Shown here: piece by piece, positions 19,330-30,075 of the stretch
Layout: every line of letters begins with the position of its first letter
Numbering within the stretch: the stretch's first letter is position 1
Assembly (NCBI GenBank): GCA_963663235.2
Contig: CAXXNO010000012.1
Location: 64,001 to 128,000, forward strand
Source of the DNA: Dehalococcoidia bacterium
GTDB lineage: Bacteria; Chloroflexota; Dehalococcoidia; Bin125
Reading direction: 5' to 3'
Length of the DNA stretch: 64,000 bases
Position numbers and translations under genes: made by a program
The notes under the pieces: generated by a model
Told to the model about the DNA's origin: nothing
Seen by the model: the letters and a program-made list of their open reading frames with translations, nothing else
Databases searched by the model: none

Positions 19330-20112
19330 ATGAGTGACGCGCCCGACTCCTGGAACCCGGAGCAGTACACGCGCTTCCGCGCGGAGCGCAGCCGTCCCGG
19401 TCACGACTTGGCCGCCTTGGTCCAGCATCGCCCAGGGATGCGCGTTCTGGACATGGGCTGCGGCAACGGTGAGCTCACGGCCTGGCTGCACGAGCGTCTG
19501 GCCGCGCAGGAGACTATCGGTATTGACCGATCAGAAAAGATGCTGGCGGCCGCGCGGCAGCAAGCGGTGGCGGGACTACGTTTCGAGCGCGGAGACATTG
19601 CGACGTACCGACCCGAGACGCCCGTGGACCTCGTCTTCTCCAACGCCGCCCTGCCATGGTTGCCCGACCAGGCCGCTCAGCTATCGCGCATGCGCACGCT
19701 CCTCACGCCCGGCGGGCAACTGGCCGTGCAAGTAGCGTCGATGGATGACCACCCGTCGCACACCGTCGCCTTCCAGATCGCCGCGGAGGAGCCGTTCGCC
19801 AGCGCGCTGGGGGACGGGGCCTGGCCCCAGTCGACGCTAGCGCCCGAGCGCTACCTGGCCCTGCTGGTGGAGCTGGGCTTCATAGAGCAGCACGTGCGCC
19901 TGCAGGTCTACCCACATTCGTTGCCGAATACCGGCACATTGGTCGAGTGGGTCAGCGGAACGCTGCTGGTGGCCTACCGCTCGCGTCTGCCAGTCGCCGT
20001 CTTCGACGACTTCCTGCGCATCTACCGAGACCGGCTGCTGGCGGTGGTCGGCGACGTTGCGCCCTACCTCTACGCCTACAAGCGTGTCCTGATCTGGGGC
20101 CGGATGCCGTGA
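19330..20112 (+). CDS. tam: Trans-aconitate 2-methyltransferase
   Basis: [38 protein letters not shown]. Confidence 0.88.
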   Translation: MSDAPDSWNPEQYTRFRAERSRPGHDLAALVQHRPGMRVLDMGCGNGELTAWLHERLAAQETIGIDRSEKMLAAARQQAVAGLRFERGDIATYRPETPVDLVFSNAALPWLPDQAAQLSRMRTLLTPGGQLAVQVASMDDHPSHTVAFQIAAEEPFASALGDGAWPQSTLAPERYLALLVELGFIEQHVRLQVYPHSLPNTGTLVEWVSGTLLVAYRSRLPVAVFDDFLRIYRDRLLAVVGDVAPYLYAYKRVLIWGRMP

Positions 20113-20158
20113 GACGTCCTGCCGGCGCGACCGCGCCACGCCTATCATGGAGCCCGCC

Positions 20159-21658
20159 ATGACCACCGAAACCGCGCCGAGCGACGCCCCGTCCGAATAC
20201 GAAACCGTGATCGGGCTGGAAGTCCACACGCAGCTCCACACGGACAGCAAGATGTTCTGTCGCTGTCGAGCGGACTACGCCCAGGCGGAGCCGAACACGC
20301 ACGTCTGCCCCGTCTGCCTGGGGATGCCCGGCGTCCTGCCGGTGATCAACGAACGCGCCGTCGAATGGACGATCAAAACGGCGCTGGCGCTGGACTTGGC
20401 GATCCCCTCGGAGTCCAAGTTCGATCGCAAGAACTACCCGTACCCCGATCTCATGAAGGGGTACCAGATCAGCCAGTACGACCTTCCCTTGAGCGTCAAC
20501 GGCCACCTCGACATCGAAGTCGAGGGTCAGACGCGGCGCATTGGGATCACGCGCGTGCACCTGGAAGAGGACACAGCCCGGCTGTTGCATCGGACGGACG
20601 AGGCCGGCGAATCGTACTCGCTGCTCGACGTGAACCGCAGTGGGGCGCCGTTGATGGAGGTCGTATCCGAGCCGGATCTGCGCAGCCCCGAGGAGGCCCG
20701 GGCGTACCTGGTCGCGCTGCGCCAGATCCTGCGCTACCTGGGTGTCAGCACCGCGAACATGGAAGAGGGATCCTTCCGCTGCGACGCCAACATCTCCCTC
20801 CGGCCCAAGGGCGCGGAGCGCCTGGGGGCCAAGGTGGAGATCAAGAACATGAACTCGTTCCGCGCCGTGTACAAGGCCCTGGAGCACGAAATTGGACGGC
20901 AGACCGCGGCGCTGCGGGCAGAAGAGTCCATTGAGCAGGAGACGCGCGGCTGGGTGGAGGATCGCGAAGTCACCGTCTCCCAGCGGTCCAAGGAACACGC
21001 GCACGACTATCGCTATTTCCCGGAGCCCGACCTGCCGCCGCTGCGCATAAGCCGCGAGCGGGTGGAGGCGATCCGGGCGACGCTGCCCGAGCTGCCGGCC
21101 GCCAAGCGCCGGCGCTTCGCTCAGCAGTACGGCCTGGGCGACTTCGAAGCCAATCTCCTGACGGAAGAGCGGCAAAAGGCGGACTACTTTGAGGCGGCGG
21201 TGGGCACGTTCGATGGCGGCGCATCCGCCGCCCAAGCGAAGGCCGTGGCCAACTGGATGGCCGGAGAGATGGCCCGCCTCATGAACGACACCGACCAGGA
21301 GATCAACGAAGTGAAGATCGAGCCGGCCCACCTGGCCGAGCTCGTCGACCTGGTCGATGCCGGGACAGTTAGCCACAAACTGGGGAAGATCGTCTTCGAA
21401 ACGATGTACCAGACAGGGAAGGCCCCGAAGGAGATCGTCAAAGAGTCGGGCCAGACGCAGATCAGCGGCGAAGGCGAATTGCGCGCCATCATCCAGCGAG
21501 TGATCTCGGAACAGCCGCGGGCGGTCGGTGACTATCGGAGCGGGAAAGAAGAATCGGCCAAGTTCCTCATCGGGCAGGTTATGAAAGCCACCCGCGGCCG
21601 CGCCAACCCGCAGGCAGCGGACCAGCTCCTGCGCGAAATCCTTCACGAATCAGCCTAG
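20159..21658 (+). CDS. gatB: Asp/Glu-tRNA amidotransferase subunit B
   Basis: [42 protein letters not shown]. Confidence 0.97.
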   Translation: MTTETAPSDAPSEYETVIGLEVHTQLHTDSKMFCRCRADYAQAEPNTHVCPVCLGMPGVLPVINERAVEWTIKTALALDLAIPSESKFDRKNYPYPDLMKGYQISQYDLPLSVNGHLDIEVEGQTRRIGITRVHLEEDTARLLHRTDEAGESYSLLDVNRSGAPLMEVVSEPDLRSPEEARAYLVALRQILRYLGVSTANMEEGSFRCDANISLRPKGAERLGAKVEIKNMNSFRAVYKALEHEIGRQTAALRAEESIEQETRGWVEDREVTVSQRSKEHAHDYRYFPEPDLPPLRISRERVEAIRATLPELPAAKRRRFAQQYGLGDFEANLLTEERQKADYFEAAVGTFDGGASAAQAKAVANWMAGEMARLMNDTDQEINEVKIEPAHLAELVDLVDAGTVSHKLGKIVFETMYQTGKAPKEIVKESGQTQISGEGELRAIIQRVISEQPRAVGDYRSGKEESAKFLIGQVMKATRGRANPQAADQLLREILHESA

Positions 21659-21753
21659 AGCGGGGGGAACCTCGCGCCGTCGCTCGACGTTACGTCGGAG
21701 GGGCGGCGGGCTGCCATGGCAGCCAAGCAGGACGCCGCGTATAGTGCCGACCG

Positions 21754-23106
21754 ATGCACTGGATGCGCGACCCAGATATGCGCAAGTGGCTGGTCCCCGG
21801 CATGGGGGTCAAGCGCTGGCTGCTGCTGCTCGTTCTGGGGATGGGCGTGCTGGGGCTGGGCGTCTCCTACCTCGCGCGGGAAGCGTACTTGGTCTGGACC
21901 CTCCCAGACGCCTTCTACTACATCACCCTCCAGTTCATGCCGCGGGTACTCCGTGCGACGCTGTTCATCATCGTCGCGTTCAGCTTCGTGGGACTGGGCT
22001 TCTGGAAGTTCAACGCCGCTGTGCTCTCCGCCGTGCGGCAGCATGACGGCGCGAATGGCAACGGGGGCGAACGGCTGGTGAACCTGGTCTACCGCCACCG
22101 TTTCGGGTCACGCGGGCCGCGCGTGGTCACCATGGGCGGCGGCACGGGGATGTCTGTGTTGCTCCGCGGCCTCAAGGAGTACACGACGAACCTGACAGCG
22201 GTGGTGACCGTCGCGGACGACGGAGGATCATCAGGCCGGTTGCGGCGTGAGTTAGGCGTGATTCCGCCTGGGGACGTGCGTAATTGCATCGCCGCCCTCG
22301 CGGACGCCGAGCCGCTCATGACCAAGCTCTTTCAGTACCGCTTCCCCGACAGCTCAGGCGAAGGGCTGAAGGGCCACTCGTTCGGGAACCTCTTCATCGT
22401 GGCGCTGTCCGAGATCACCGGCAGCATGGAAGAGGCGATCCACGAGACCAGCCGGGTCTTGGCCGTGCGCGGGCAGATTCTGCCGTCCACACTCGAAGAC
22501 GTGACGCTGGTGGCTCGAACGCGAGAGGGGCGATCGATCCGAGGCGAATCGAAGATCAGCAGCGCCAACAGCGAGATCCGGGAGTTGGCTCTGGAGCCGG
22601 CGATTCCGGCCGCGTATCCGGATGCGGTCAACGCCGTCCGCAACGCGGACCTCATTGTCGTGGGGCCGGGCAGCCTCTATACCAGCGTGCTCCCCAACCT
22701 GTTGGTGCGGGACATTCGCATCGCATTCCAGGAATCAACGGCGATGAAGCTCTACGTGTGCAACGTCGCCACGCAGCACGGTGAGACCGAGCACTTTTCC
22801 GTGGAGGACCACGAAGCTGCCATCCGGGAGCACATCGGGGGAGGACCGTTCGATTTCGTGATCGCGAACACCAACCTGGTCTCGCATCACCCAGAGCAGT
22901 GGCTGTCGGAGCCGGTGCGCCTCGCGCGCAGCGAGGAATCGGAGATCGACGGGGCTCGGATCATCGCCGCGGACGTCATCGACGAGCGCAACCGCTACCG
23001 GCACGATCCGCAGAAGCTAGCAGACGTGATCTTGAACCTCTACCATGAGCAGGGCGAAGCAGCGCCTCGCCGGCCCGACGTCGATTCGATTCTGGCCGGC
23101 ATCTAG
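21754..23106 (+). CDS. yvcK: YvcK/GlmR family UDP-GlcNAc-binding protein with N-terminal TM helices
   Basis: GGGTG, VTVADDGGSSGRLR, GHSFGNL, GPGSLYTS, RHDP.KL. Confidence 0.92.
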   Translation: MHWMRDPDMRKWLVPGMGVKRWLLLLVLGMGVLGLGVSYLAREAYLVWTLPDAFYYITLQFMPRVLRATLFIIVAFSFVGLGFWKFNAAVLSAVRQHDGANGNGGERLVNLVYRHRFGSRGPRVVTMGGGTGMSVLLRGLKEYTTNLTAVVTVADDGGSSGRLRRELGVIPPGDVRNCIAALADAEPLMTKLFQYRFPDSSGEGLKGHSFGNLFIVALSEITGSMEEAIHETSRVLAVRGQILPSTLEDVTLVARTREGRSIRGESKISSANSEIRELALEPAIPAAYPDAVNAVRNADLIVVGPGSLYTSVLPNLLVRDIRIAFQESTAMKLYVCNVATQHGETEHFSVEDHEAAIREHIGGGPFDFVIANTNLVSHHPEQWLSEPVRLARSEESEIDGARIIAADVIDERNRYRHDPQKLADVILNLYHEQGEAAPRRPDVDSILAGI

Positions 23107-23127
23107 CGTTCCGACAGAAAGATCCTG

Positions 23128-23346
23128 GTGTCCGGCGCGGAAGTCCTCAACATCTTCCAGATCCTGATCGCGCTCGTCCTGATCGCGTCCGTACTCATGC
23201 AGGCGAAAGGCGCGGGGCTGGGCAACATCTTCGGCAGCGAGCCAAGCTTCCGGACGCGACGTGGCATTGAGCGTGGACTTTTCCGCGGGACCATCGTCTT
23301 GATGATCGTCTTCGTCGTCGTCTCTATCGCCGCCGTTCGCGTCTGA
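23128..23346 (+). CDS. secG: Preprotein translocase subunit SecG
   Basis: VLMQAKGAGLG.IFG....FRTRRG.E, two TM helices. Confidence 0.9.
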   Translation: MSGAEVLNIFQILIALVLIASVLMQAKGAGLGNIFGSEPSFRTRRGIERGLFRGTIVLMIVFVVVSIAAVRV

Positions 23347-23365
23347 CCCCCCGGGCCGGTCCAGC

Positions 23366-24196
23366 ATGAGGCGCAGCGGTATCGTGAGCCTCACGACCGA
23401 CTTCGGCGTCGATGACCCGTACGTCAGCCAGATCCAGGCCGTGGTGATCGCCCGTTTTCCCGCCGGACGCGTCATCGACGTGAGCCACGCCGTGCCTCCG
23501 GGCGACCTAGAGAGCGCCTTGTTCTTCACGGAAAGCGCCTGGCCGCACTTTGCCCGAGGCACCGTGCATGTGGTGGTCGTGGACCCGGGTGTGGGAAGCG
23601 GCCGCCCACTCATCGCCGTCCGCACCGACCGTGCCTACCTGGTCGGGCCGGACAGCGGCGTCCTGAGCAGCGCCCTGCCGACGAGCGTCCGACCGGCCGA
23701 CGGCGTGCAGCGGGTTCCGCCGCCGCCGACGGTCACCGCCGTCGAGATCAGCGATTCGCCACAGCGACTCGATCCGGTGTCGGCCACGTTTCACGGCCGC
23801 GACATCATGGCGCCGGTCGCCGCAGCGCTGGCCGCCGGGGCAGAACTCGATGAGGTGGGCAGCCCGATCGCCAGCTTGACGCTGGCGCCGCCGCTTGCGG
23901 CGGCGGTGGTCGATGGTGAAGCGAGCGGCCGGATCATCCATATCGACCGGTTCGGCAACGCGATCACCAACATTCGGACGGATACGGCCGGTCCCGCTTT
24001 CGAACTGGAGGTGGAGCGCGTGCGCATCGCGGGGCCGGCTCGCGCCTATCACGAGCCCTCCGTGGATGAGGGTGCGCCCCAGGCGCTGGCGATCGGGGGA
24101 AGCAGCGGCTACCTGGAGATCGCTTGGCCCGACGGCAGCGCCGCGGCGCGCTTGCGGTTGCGCCGTGGACAGCCGGTACGGCTCCGGCGCAGATAA
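23366..24196 (+). CDS. SAM hydroxide adenosyltransferase (DUF62)
   Basis: LTTDFG, VVDPGVGS.R, GPDSG, SATFHGRD, IDRFGN. Confidence 0.92.
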   Translation: MRRSGIVSLTTDFGVDDPYVSQIQAVVIARFPAGRVIDVSHAVPPGDLESALFFTESAWPHFARGTVHVVVVDPGVGSGRPLIAVRTDRAYLVGPDSGVLSSALPTSVRPADGVQRVPPPPTVTAVEISDSPQRLDPVSATFHGRDIMAPVAAALAAGAELDEVGSPIASLTLAPPLAAAVVDGEASGRIIHIDRFGNAITNIRTDTAGPAFELEVERVRIAGPARAYHEPSVDEGAPQALAIGGSSGYLEIAWPDGSAAARLRLRRGQPVRLRRR

Positions 24197-24236
24197 GGTC
24201 CGAGCATCGTCCATTCTTGGGGCCTATTCTTGGACC

Positions 24237-25175
24237 ATGAACCTCACCCGGGTCGCCTTCTTCGGCTCGCCGGAGTTCGCGGTACCGACGCTGCAAGCGT
24301 TGATCGACAGTCCCTACCGGCCGGTGGTGGTGGTGACGCAACCGGACCGGCCGGCAGGCCGGTCGCGGGCGCTGCGGCCACCCCCAGCGAAGCAGACGGC
24401 GCAGGCCGCGGACGTCCCCGTCCTGCAACCAGAACGGCTGCGCGACCCCGCGGCGGCTGCCGCTCTCGCTGCCTACGAGCCGGAGTTGCAGATCGTCTGC
24501 GCCTACGGCCAAATCCTGCGCCGGGACGTGCTGGACCTGCCGCGCCACGGCACGCTCAACGTCCACGCGTCGCTGCTGCCGCGCTGGCGGGGCGCCTCAC
24601 CCATTGCGGCGGCGATCCGGGCCGGCGACGCAGAGACCGGGGTGACGATCATGCTGGTCGGCGAAGGGGTCGACACCGGCCCGATGCTGACGAGGCGCCG
24701 CGAGCCGATCGATCACGAGGACGATGCCGGCAGCCTGAGCGAGCGCCTGGCCACGCTGGGGGCGTCGCTCCTCCTGGAAACGATGCCCAATTGGATCGCG
24801 GGTGATCTGGCCGCGGAGCCGCAGGATGATCGCCTGGCCACGCTCGCCCCGCGGCTGCAGAAAGAGGAGGGGCGGATCGACTGGTCGCAGCCGGCGATCG
24901 ACATCTGGCGGCAGGTCCGGGCGCTTTCGCCGTGGCCCGGGGCCACGACCATGCTCGACGGCGTTGCGTTGCGGATCCGGCGTGCGCGCCCCGCAGAACC
25001 TGCCGAGGGTGATGGGCCACCAGGCCGGATCCTGGCCGTCGACGAGACGATCGGAGTCCAGACCGGCGCCGGCGTGTTACTTCTGGAAGAGGTGCAGCGG
25101 GAAGGCCGGCGGGCCATGGCGGCGGCGGCGTTCGCCCGGGGGAAGCGTGACCTCGTCGGCCAGCGCTTGGAGTGA
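24237..25175 (+). CDS. fmt: Methionyl-tRNA formyltransferase
   Basis: FFGSPEFA, VTQPDRPAGR, NVHASLLPRWRGASPI. Confidence 0.96.
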   Translation: MNLTRVAFFGSPEFAVPTLQALIDSPYRPVVVVTQPDRPAGRSRALRPPPAKQTAQAADVPVLQPERLRDPAAAAALAAYEPELQIVCAYGQILRRDVLDLPRHGTLNVHASLLPRWRGASPIAAAIRAGDAETGVTIMLVGEGVDTGPMLTRRREPIDHEDDAGSLSERLATLGASLLLETMPNWIAGDLAAEPQDDRLATLAPRLQKEEGRIDWSQPAIDIWRQVRALSPWPGATTMLDGVALRIRRARPAEPAEGDGPPGRILAVDETIGVQTGAGVLLLEEVQREGRRAMAAAAFARGKRDLVGQRLE

Positions 25176-25215
25176 CCGCGACGCGACCAGACGGGGGACA
25201 GGGCCAGGGGCGGCC

Positions 25216-25896
25216 CTACTCTGACGCGGAAGGCTCTCCGGCGGCCGACGCCTCTTCCCCCTCGGCGGATGGCTCCTCGCCCTCGGCGAGCTCCTCGCCC
25301 TCGACGGGCTCCTCCTCCGTCACCGGCTCCTCGAGGACCCTGGGCGCCTGCACGGCGACAACGACCGCCACGCCATCGGTGAGGATCCGGACGCCGGGCG
25401 GGACCGGGAGATCGCGCACGTGGACCGAATCGCCGAACTCCAGCAAGCCCGACAGGCCGACCACGAAACTCTCCGGGATCTCGTTGGGCAACGCTTCCAC
25501 CTCTATCGCAGCGAGAGTGTGCACCAAGACGCCGCCATTGTGCACCGCTTCGGATTCCCCGGTGAGGAGCACCGACACGGCCGCGTGGACGGGGCGGCTG
25601 AGGTCGACTTGGTAGAGATCGATGTGCTGGACTTCGTCGGTCACGGGATGGCGCTGCACGGAGCGGAGGATGACCGGCCGCGCCTTATCTTCGCCTGCGA
25701 CTTGGAGGCTGATCACGGCGTTGCGACCGCGTGCGCGGAAGACTCGGCGGAACTCGTTGAGGGGCGCCTGCACGGCGACGGAGGGCAACCCCCGGCCGTA
25801 GAGGTTGCCGGGGACGATGCCGTCTCGACGAAGGCGGCGCACCTTCTTGCCGGTCACCTGTCGCGGCTCCACCACGAGCGTCCCATCATCAGCCAC
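25216..25896 (-). CDS. rplY: 50S ribosomal protein L25/Ctc
   Basis: GKKVRRLRRDGIVPGNLYG, VQRHPV...HID, acidic tail; GGGAGG RBS. Confidence 0.95.
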   Translation of the reverse strand: MADDGTLVVEPRQVTGKKVRRLRRDGIVPGNLYGRGLPSVAVQAPLNEFRRVFRARGRNAVISLQVAGEDKARPVILRSVQRHPVTDEVQHIDLYQVDLSRPVHAAVSVLLTGESEAVHNGGVLVHTLAAIEVEALPNEIPESFVVGLSGLLEFGDSVHVRDLPVPPGVRILTDGVAVVVAVQAPRVLEEPVTEEEPVEGEELAEGEEPSAEGEEASAAGEPSASE

Positions 25897-25932
25897 GGCC
25901 AGCCCTCCCCTACTCGTTTTCCCCACGATTGG

Positions 25933-25961
25933 ACGCTAACCGCCGCGCCCGAGCCGGTCAA
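25933..25961 (-). promoter_or_regulatory. Putative sigma70 promoter of rplY
   Basis: TTGACC-17 nt-TAGCGT, about 35 nt upstream of the start codon. Confidence 0.45.
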
Positions 25962-26053
25962 GAAAACAGGCTACCGCTGTCACGGCGAGCAGTTCTATCA
26001 TCAGTGACGCGGTCAGCGTCCGCCTTGGGTGAGGGGCGCGGAGGAGACGGGTC

Positions 26054-26899
26054 ATGTCGGGCAATGCCGCATCGCAGGTCCAGTCCGAACAACCGCTGCG
26101 CGGGGCCCTCGCCAGCAAGAGCGAGCAACTACGGTCAATCGTGCGCGGCTACGGCGCGGCGGTGGTGGCCTTCAGCGGCGGGGTGGACAGCACGCTAGTC
26201 GCAGCGATCGCGGCGCAGGAGCTGGGCGACGGGGCCCTGGCGGTCACAGGCCGATCGCCGTCGCTGCCGGCCAGCGAGTACGAGGCGACGCTGGCCCTCG
26301 CTCGGCGGATTGGAATCCGGCATCGGATCGTGGAAACGCACGAACTTGAACGGCCGGCGTACGTGGCCAACGCGGGCGATCGCTGCTACCACTGCAAGAG
26401 CGAGCTGTACGAGCGACTGAGGCCGATCGCGAGCGAAATCGGCGGCGTGATCGTAAACGGCACCAACCTCGACGACTTGAGCGACTATCGCCCGGGGCTC
26501 ACGGCGGCCCAGGACCACGAGGTGCGCAGCCCGCTGGTTGAAGCAGAGCTCCGCAAGGCAGAGGTGCGCGCCCTGAGCCGGGCCCTGGCGCTGCCCACCT
26601 GGGACAAGCCGGCGATGGCCTGCCTGGCTAGCCGGCTGCCGGTGGGCACACCGGTCTCGGTCCGAGTGTTGGGTCAAGTGGAGGCCGCCGAGGCATACCT
26701 CAGGTCGCTGGGCCTGCGCGAGCTGCGCGTCCGCCATTACGGCGAGACGGCGCGGATCGAGACGGACGCCGCCGGGATGGGCATCGCCTTGGAGGAGCGC
26801 GGGCGGATCGTAACGCGGCTCAAGGCGCTCGGCTACCGCTTCGTCGCTCTCGACCTGGCCGATTTCCGCTCGGGCTCGTTGAACCCGCCCCGCCCTTGA
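26054..26899 (+). CDS. larE: LarE-family ATP-dependent sulfur transferase
   Basis: AFSGGVDS PP-loop, RCYHCK, DYRPG, WDKPAMACLASR, RVRH. Confidence 0.92.
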   Translation: MSGNAASQVQSEQPLRGALASKSEQLRSIVRGYGAAVVAFSGGVDSTLVAAIAAQELGDGALAVTGRSPSLPASEYEATLALARRIGIRHRIVETHELERPAYVANAGDRCYHCKSELYERLRPIASEIGGVIVNGTNLDDLSDYRPGLTAAQDHEVRSPLVEAELRKAEVRALSRALALPTWDKPAMACLASRLPVGTPVSVRVLGQVEAAEAYLRSLGLRELRVRHYGETARIETDAAGMGIALEERGRIVTRLKALGYRFVALDLADFRSGSLNPPRP

Positions 26900-26925
26900 G
26901 CACCGGGTCCGACGAAGGAGAGAGG

Positions 26926-27573
26926 ATGACCGACCTCACGCTGCACGAGGCGATCACCACCACGCGCGCCATGCGCCGCCTCAAGCCGGACCCCGTACCG
27001 CAAGAACACCTGCGCTACATCGTGGAGGCCGCGACGCACGCGCCGAGCGGCGGCAACATCCAGAACTGGGCCTTCGTCATCGTCACCGATCCGGACGTGC
27101 GGCGAACACTGGGCGACCTGTATCGCGACGTGGGCGAAGAGTACTTGCGCCGGTTCTTCGAGGCCGACGGAGCAGCCGATGCCACGATGCCCGACGAGCA
27201 GCGCAAGATGTATGACAGCAGCCGATACCTCGTCGAGCATTTCAGCGAAGCGCCGGCGCTGATCGCCGTGTGCATGCGGGGCAAGTTCCCCGGCTCCCCC
27301 GAGACCGCATCCGCGTACTACGGTTCCGTCTACCCGGCGGTCCAGAACCTGATCCTGGCGGCGCGGTCACGCGGGCTGGGGACCACGGTGACAACGTTGC
27401 ACGCCTACCGGCAACAAGAAGTCAAAGAGCTCCTGGGGATGCCCGAGAATGTCAACGTGATCGCCGTAATCCCAGTGGGCTACCCGCAGGGGAAATGGGG
27501 CCGGCCCAAGCGGGCGCCCGCGGAGAGCGTGACCCACTGGGACCGGTGGGGCGGTCCGCGGCCCGGCGATTGA
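26926..27573 (+). CDS. Nitroreductase family protein
   Basis: RAMRRLKPDPVP, APSGGN.Q.W, PAVQNLILAAR..GLG. Confidence 0.92.
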   Translation: MTDLTLHEAITTTRAMRRLKPDPVPQEHLRYIVEAATHAPSGGNIQNWAFVIVTDPDVRRTLGDLYRDVGEEYLRRFFEADGAADATMPDEQRKMYDSSRYLVEHFSEAPALIAVCMRGKFPGSPETASAYYGSVYPAVQNLILAARSRGLGTTVTTLHAYRQQEVKELLGMPENVNVIAVIPVGYPQGKWGRPKRAPAESVTHWDRWGGPRPGD

Positions 27574-27583
27574 AGGGCAGCCC

Positions 27584-29608
27584 GTGAGCCGCAATCGAGC
27601 CCGTCCCGGAGCGCGTCTGCTCGGTGTTGATGTGGGCGGCACATTCACCGACTTCCTCTACTGGGACGGCGAGCGGTTGCAGGTCGCGAAACGGCCGAGC
27701 ACGCCGGATGATCCGGCGCGAGCCGTGCTGGAAGGGATCGCCGCGGCCGAATGGTCGCCCGACGAGGTCGTGCACGGATCGACCGTAGCGACGAACGCGC
27801 TGCTCACTCGCCGGGGCGCCCGTATCGCGCTGATCACGACGAAAGGCTTCCGCGACACTCTTGTTATCGGCCGGCAGGCGCGGTCCGAACTCTACGCCCT
27901 GCATCCCGAACGGACGGCGCCGCTGGTTCCCGACTCCCTACGCTTCGAGGTCGACGAGCGGATCGCCGCCAACGGGGACGTCCTTCAAGCGCTGGATGAT
28001 CGTGAGGTGGAGGCCGTACTGGATCGCGTCGCGGATCGGCGGGTCGAGGCGCTGGCGATCTGTCTCCTGTTCTCCTACGTGCGGCCTGAGCACGAACGAC
28101 GGATCGCTGCCGCGGCGCGCGAGCGCGGGCTGGCAGCCACCGCCTCGTACGAGATCCTGCCGGAGCATCGCGAATACGAACGAATGAGCACGACGTGCGT
28201 CAACGTCTACGTAGCGCCGGTCGTGACGCGCTACCTCCAGGCGCTGGCCGCCGGATTGCAACGGCCGGGAGAGCCAGTGCGGCTGCGGATCATGCAGTCC
28301 AACGGGGGCAGCATCAGCGCAGAGCGGGCAAGCCAAGAGGCCGTGCGCACAATCCTCTCAGGGCCCGCCGGCGGGGTTGCGGGCGCATTCGCCGCCGGAC
28401 AGAGCGGCGGCCACGAGAACATCATCAGCTTCGACATGGGCGGCACGTCGACCGACGTCAGCTTCTGCCCCGGCCGGATTATCGAACAGGCCGCCCTCCA
28501 GATCGCCGGAGTCCCGATCCGCACGCCCGCAGTGGACGTGCACTCCGTGGGTGCGGGCGGTGGTTCAATCGCCTGGCTGGACGCGGGCGGGGCGCTGCGT
28601 GTGGGACCGCAGAGCGCGGGCGCCGTGCCCGGCCCCGCCGCCTACGGACGCGCATTGACGCCGACAGTAACCGATGCCCACGTGGTTCTGGGACGGTTGC
28701 GGCCGGATCGATTTCTGGGCGGAGAGATGCCTCTAGACGAGGCGCGCGCGGGGCAAGCGATCGCGAAGATCGCGGGACCGTTCGACGGCGACGTGCCCGC
28801 CACAGCGCGGGCGATCATCGACGTGGTCAACGCCAACATGGCGCGCGCGCTGCGGGTGATCTCCGTGGAGCGCGGGAACGATCCGGCCGAGTGCGCGCTG
28901 GTCGCCTTCGGCGGAGCCGGGCCACTGCACGCGTGCGACCTGGCGGAAGAGTTGGGCATCGCGGTGGTCATCGTGCCAGAGGCGCCTGGTGTGCTCTCGG
29001 CGGCGGGCATGCTTCAGGCCGACGTGACCAAGGACATCGAGCAGGGGTTGGTGCTGCGAATCGGCCCCGACGCCAGGGGGGTCCCGGAGGTCCTGGCTGA
29101 GACGTACGCCCAGCTCGAGCAGTCGGCGCGGCGAGCGCTGGCCGAGGATGGCTATCGGCAGGGAGTGCGTTTGGAGCGGAGCGCGGACCTGCGCTACGCC
29201 GGTCAGTCACACGAGCTGCGAGTGCCGCTGGGGGCATCGCTGGCAGCGCCGACGATCCGGCGTGCGCTCGCGGAAGCGCACCATGAGCGCTTCGGGCACG
29301 GCGACCCCTCAAGGGATATGGAGGTCGTAACGGCCCGGGTCAAAGCGCGGGCGCCGGGCTTCCGCCTTCCGCCCGGCGCATCGGCCCCGGCGAGGGCCAC
29401 CGGCGCGGAGGCAGAGGACAGCGCCTTGGTGCACTGGGACCGGCGGCGACGGACGCGGATCCTGCCACGGGCGGCGCTGGGAGCGAAGAAGATCCAGGGG
29501 CCAGCCATCCTGACCCAGTTCGACAGCACCGTCCTGGTGCCCCCAGGCTGGCGCGCAGGGCGCGAGGTCAGCGACGGACCGCTACTCATCATGAGGAAAC
29601 AGCGATGA
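27584..29608 (+). CDS. Hydantoinase A/oxoprolinase family protein
   Basis: DVGGTFTD, HGSTVATN, SGPAGG, DMGGTSTD, GAGGGSIA. Confidence 0.95.
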   Translation: MSRNRARPGARLLGVDVGGTFTDFLYWDGERLQVAKRPSTPDDPARAVLEGIAAAEWSPDEVVHGSTVATNALLTRRGARIALITTKGFRDTLVIGRQARSELYALHPERTAPLVPDSLRFEVDERIAANGDVLQALDDREVEAVLDRVADRRVEALAICLLFSYVRPEHERRIAAAARERGLAATASYEILPEHREYERMSTTCVNVYVAPVVTRYLQALAAGLQRPGEPVRLRIMQSNGGSISAERASQEAVRTILSGPAGGVAGAFAAGQSGGHENIISFDMGGTSTDVSFCPGRIIEQAALQIAGVPIRTPAVDVHSVGAGGGSIAWLDAGGALRVGPQSAGAVPGPAAYGRALTPTVTDAHVVLGRLRPDRFLGGEMPLDEARAGQAIAKIAGPFDGDVPATARAIIDVVNANMARALRVISVERGNDPAECALVAFGGAGPLHACDLAEELGIAVVIVPEAPGVLSAAGMLQADVTKDIEQGLVLRIGPDARGVPEVLAETYAQLEQSARRALAEDGYRQGVRLERSADLRYAGQSHELRVPLGASLAAPTIRRALAEAHHERFGHGDPSRDMEVVTARVKARAPGFRLPPGASAPARATGAEAEDSALVHWDRRRRTRILPRAALGAKKIQGPAILTQFDSTVLVPPGWRAGREVSDGPLLIMRKQR

Positions 29609-30075
29609 GGGCCATAGTGATCATCCAGAGCCCGGGAGAGACCGACGGCTTGGCCCGCGCGGTCGCAGGGCGCTTGTCGGGCGCGGCGGTGCAGATCCCG
29701 TTCGACCAGTTGCTGCGCGACTGGATCGTGACCGCGCCCTCAGACGCCGAGAGCGTGCCCCACACGACCGCCATGCAGGCGAAGCTCCTGGTGGCCGGCT
29801 ACGTGAAGGCGCGCTACCACGTGGTTCTGCACGGGTCGTTCCGACTGTTCAGTCCGCGCGACGACGAGGCCGTCTCGGCTATCGTGCGGCTCATGAACGC
29901 CGTGCCCGGCGTCAGCGCCCTGCGCGTGTACGTGCCTGCGTCGACGCAAGAGCCGGCAGCCGCCTACGGGCCACCGCCGCCGCACGATCTGCACTGCGAC
30001 CTGGAACGGCTGGGCACGGAGCGCGCCGCGGCCGAGATCGTCGCGGCGCTTCCCGTCGAGGCCCACGGTGGCTAG
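29605..30075 (+). CDS. Hypothetical protein, degenerate P-loop small-molecule kinase-like fold
   Basis: Overlaps both neighbours (ATGA start, overlapping end). Resembles AAA_33/CPT-type kinases but lacks the GKS/T motif. Confidence 0.65.
   Translation: MRAIVIIQSPGETDGLARAVAGRLSGAAVQIPFDQLLRDWIVTAPSDAESVPHTTAMQAKLLVAGYVKARYHVVLHGSFRLFSPRDDEAVSAIVRLMNAVPGVSALRVYVPASTQEPAAAYGPPPPHDLHCDLERLGTERAAAEIVAALPVEAHGG

Noticed and set aside
23366-24196. DUF62 protein as a fluorinase/chlorinase
   Set aside because: It retains the Asp (VVD), Arg (GS.R) and His (TFHGRD) triad typical of SAM hydroxide adenosyltransferases, and the context is housekeeping.
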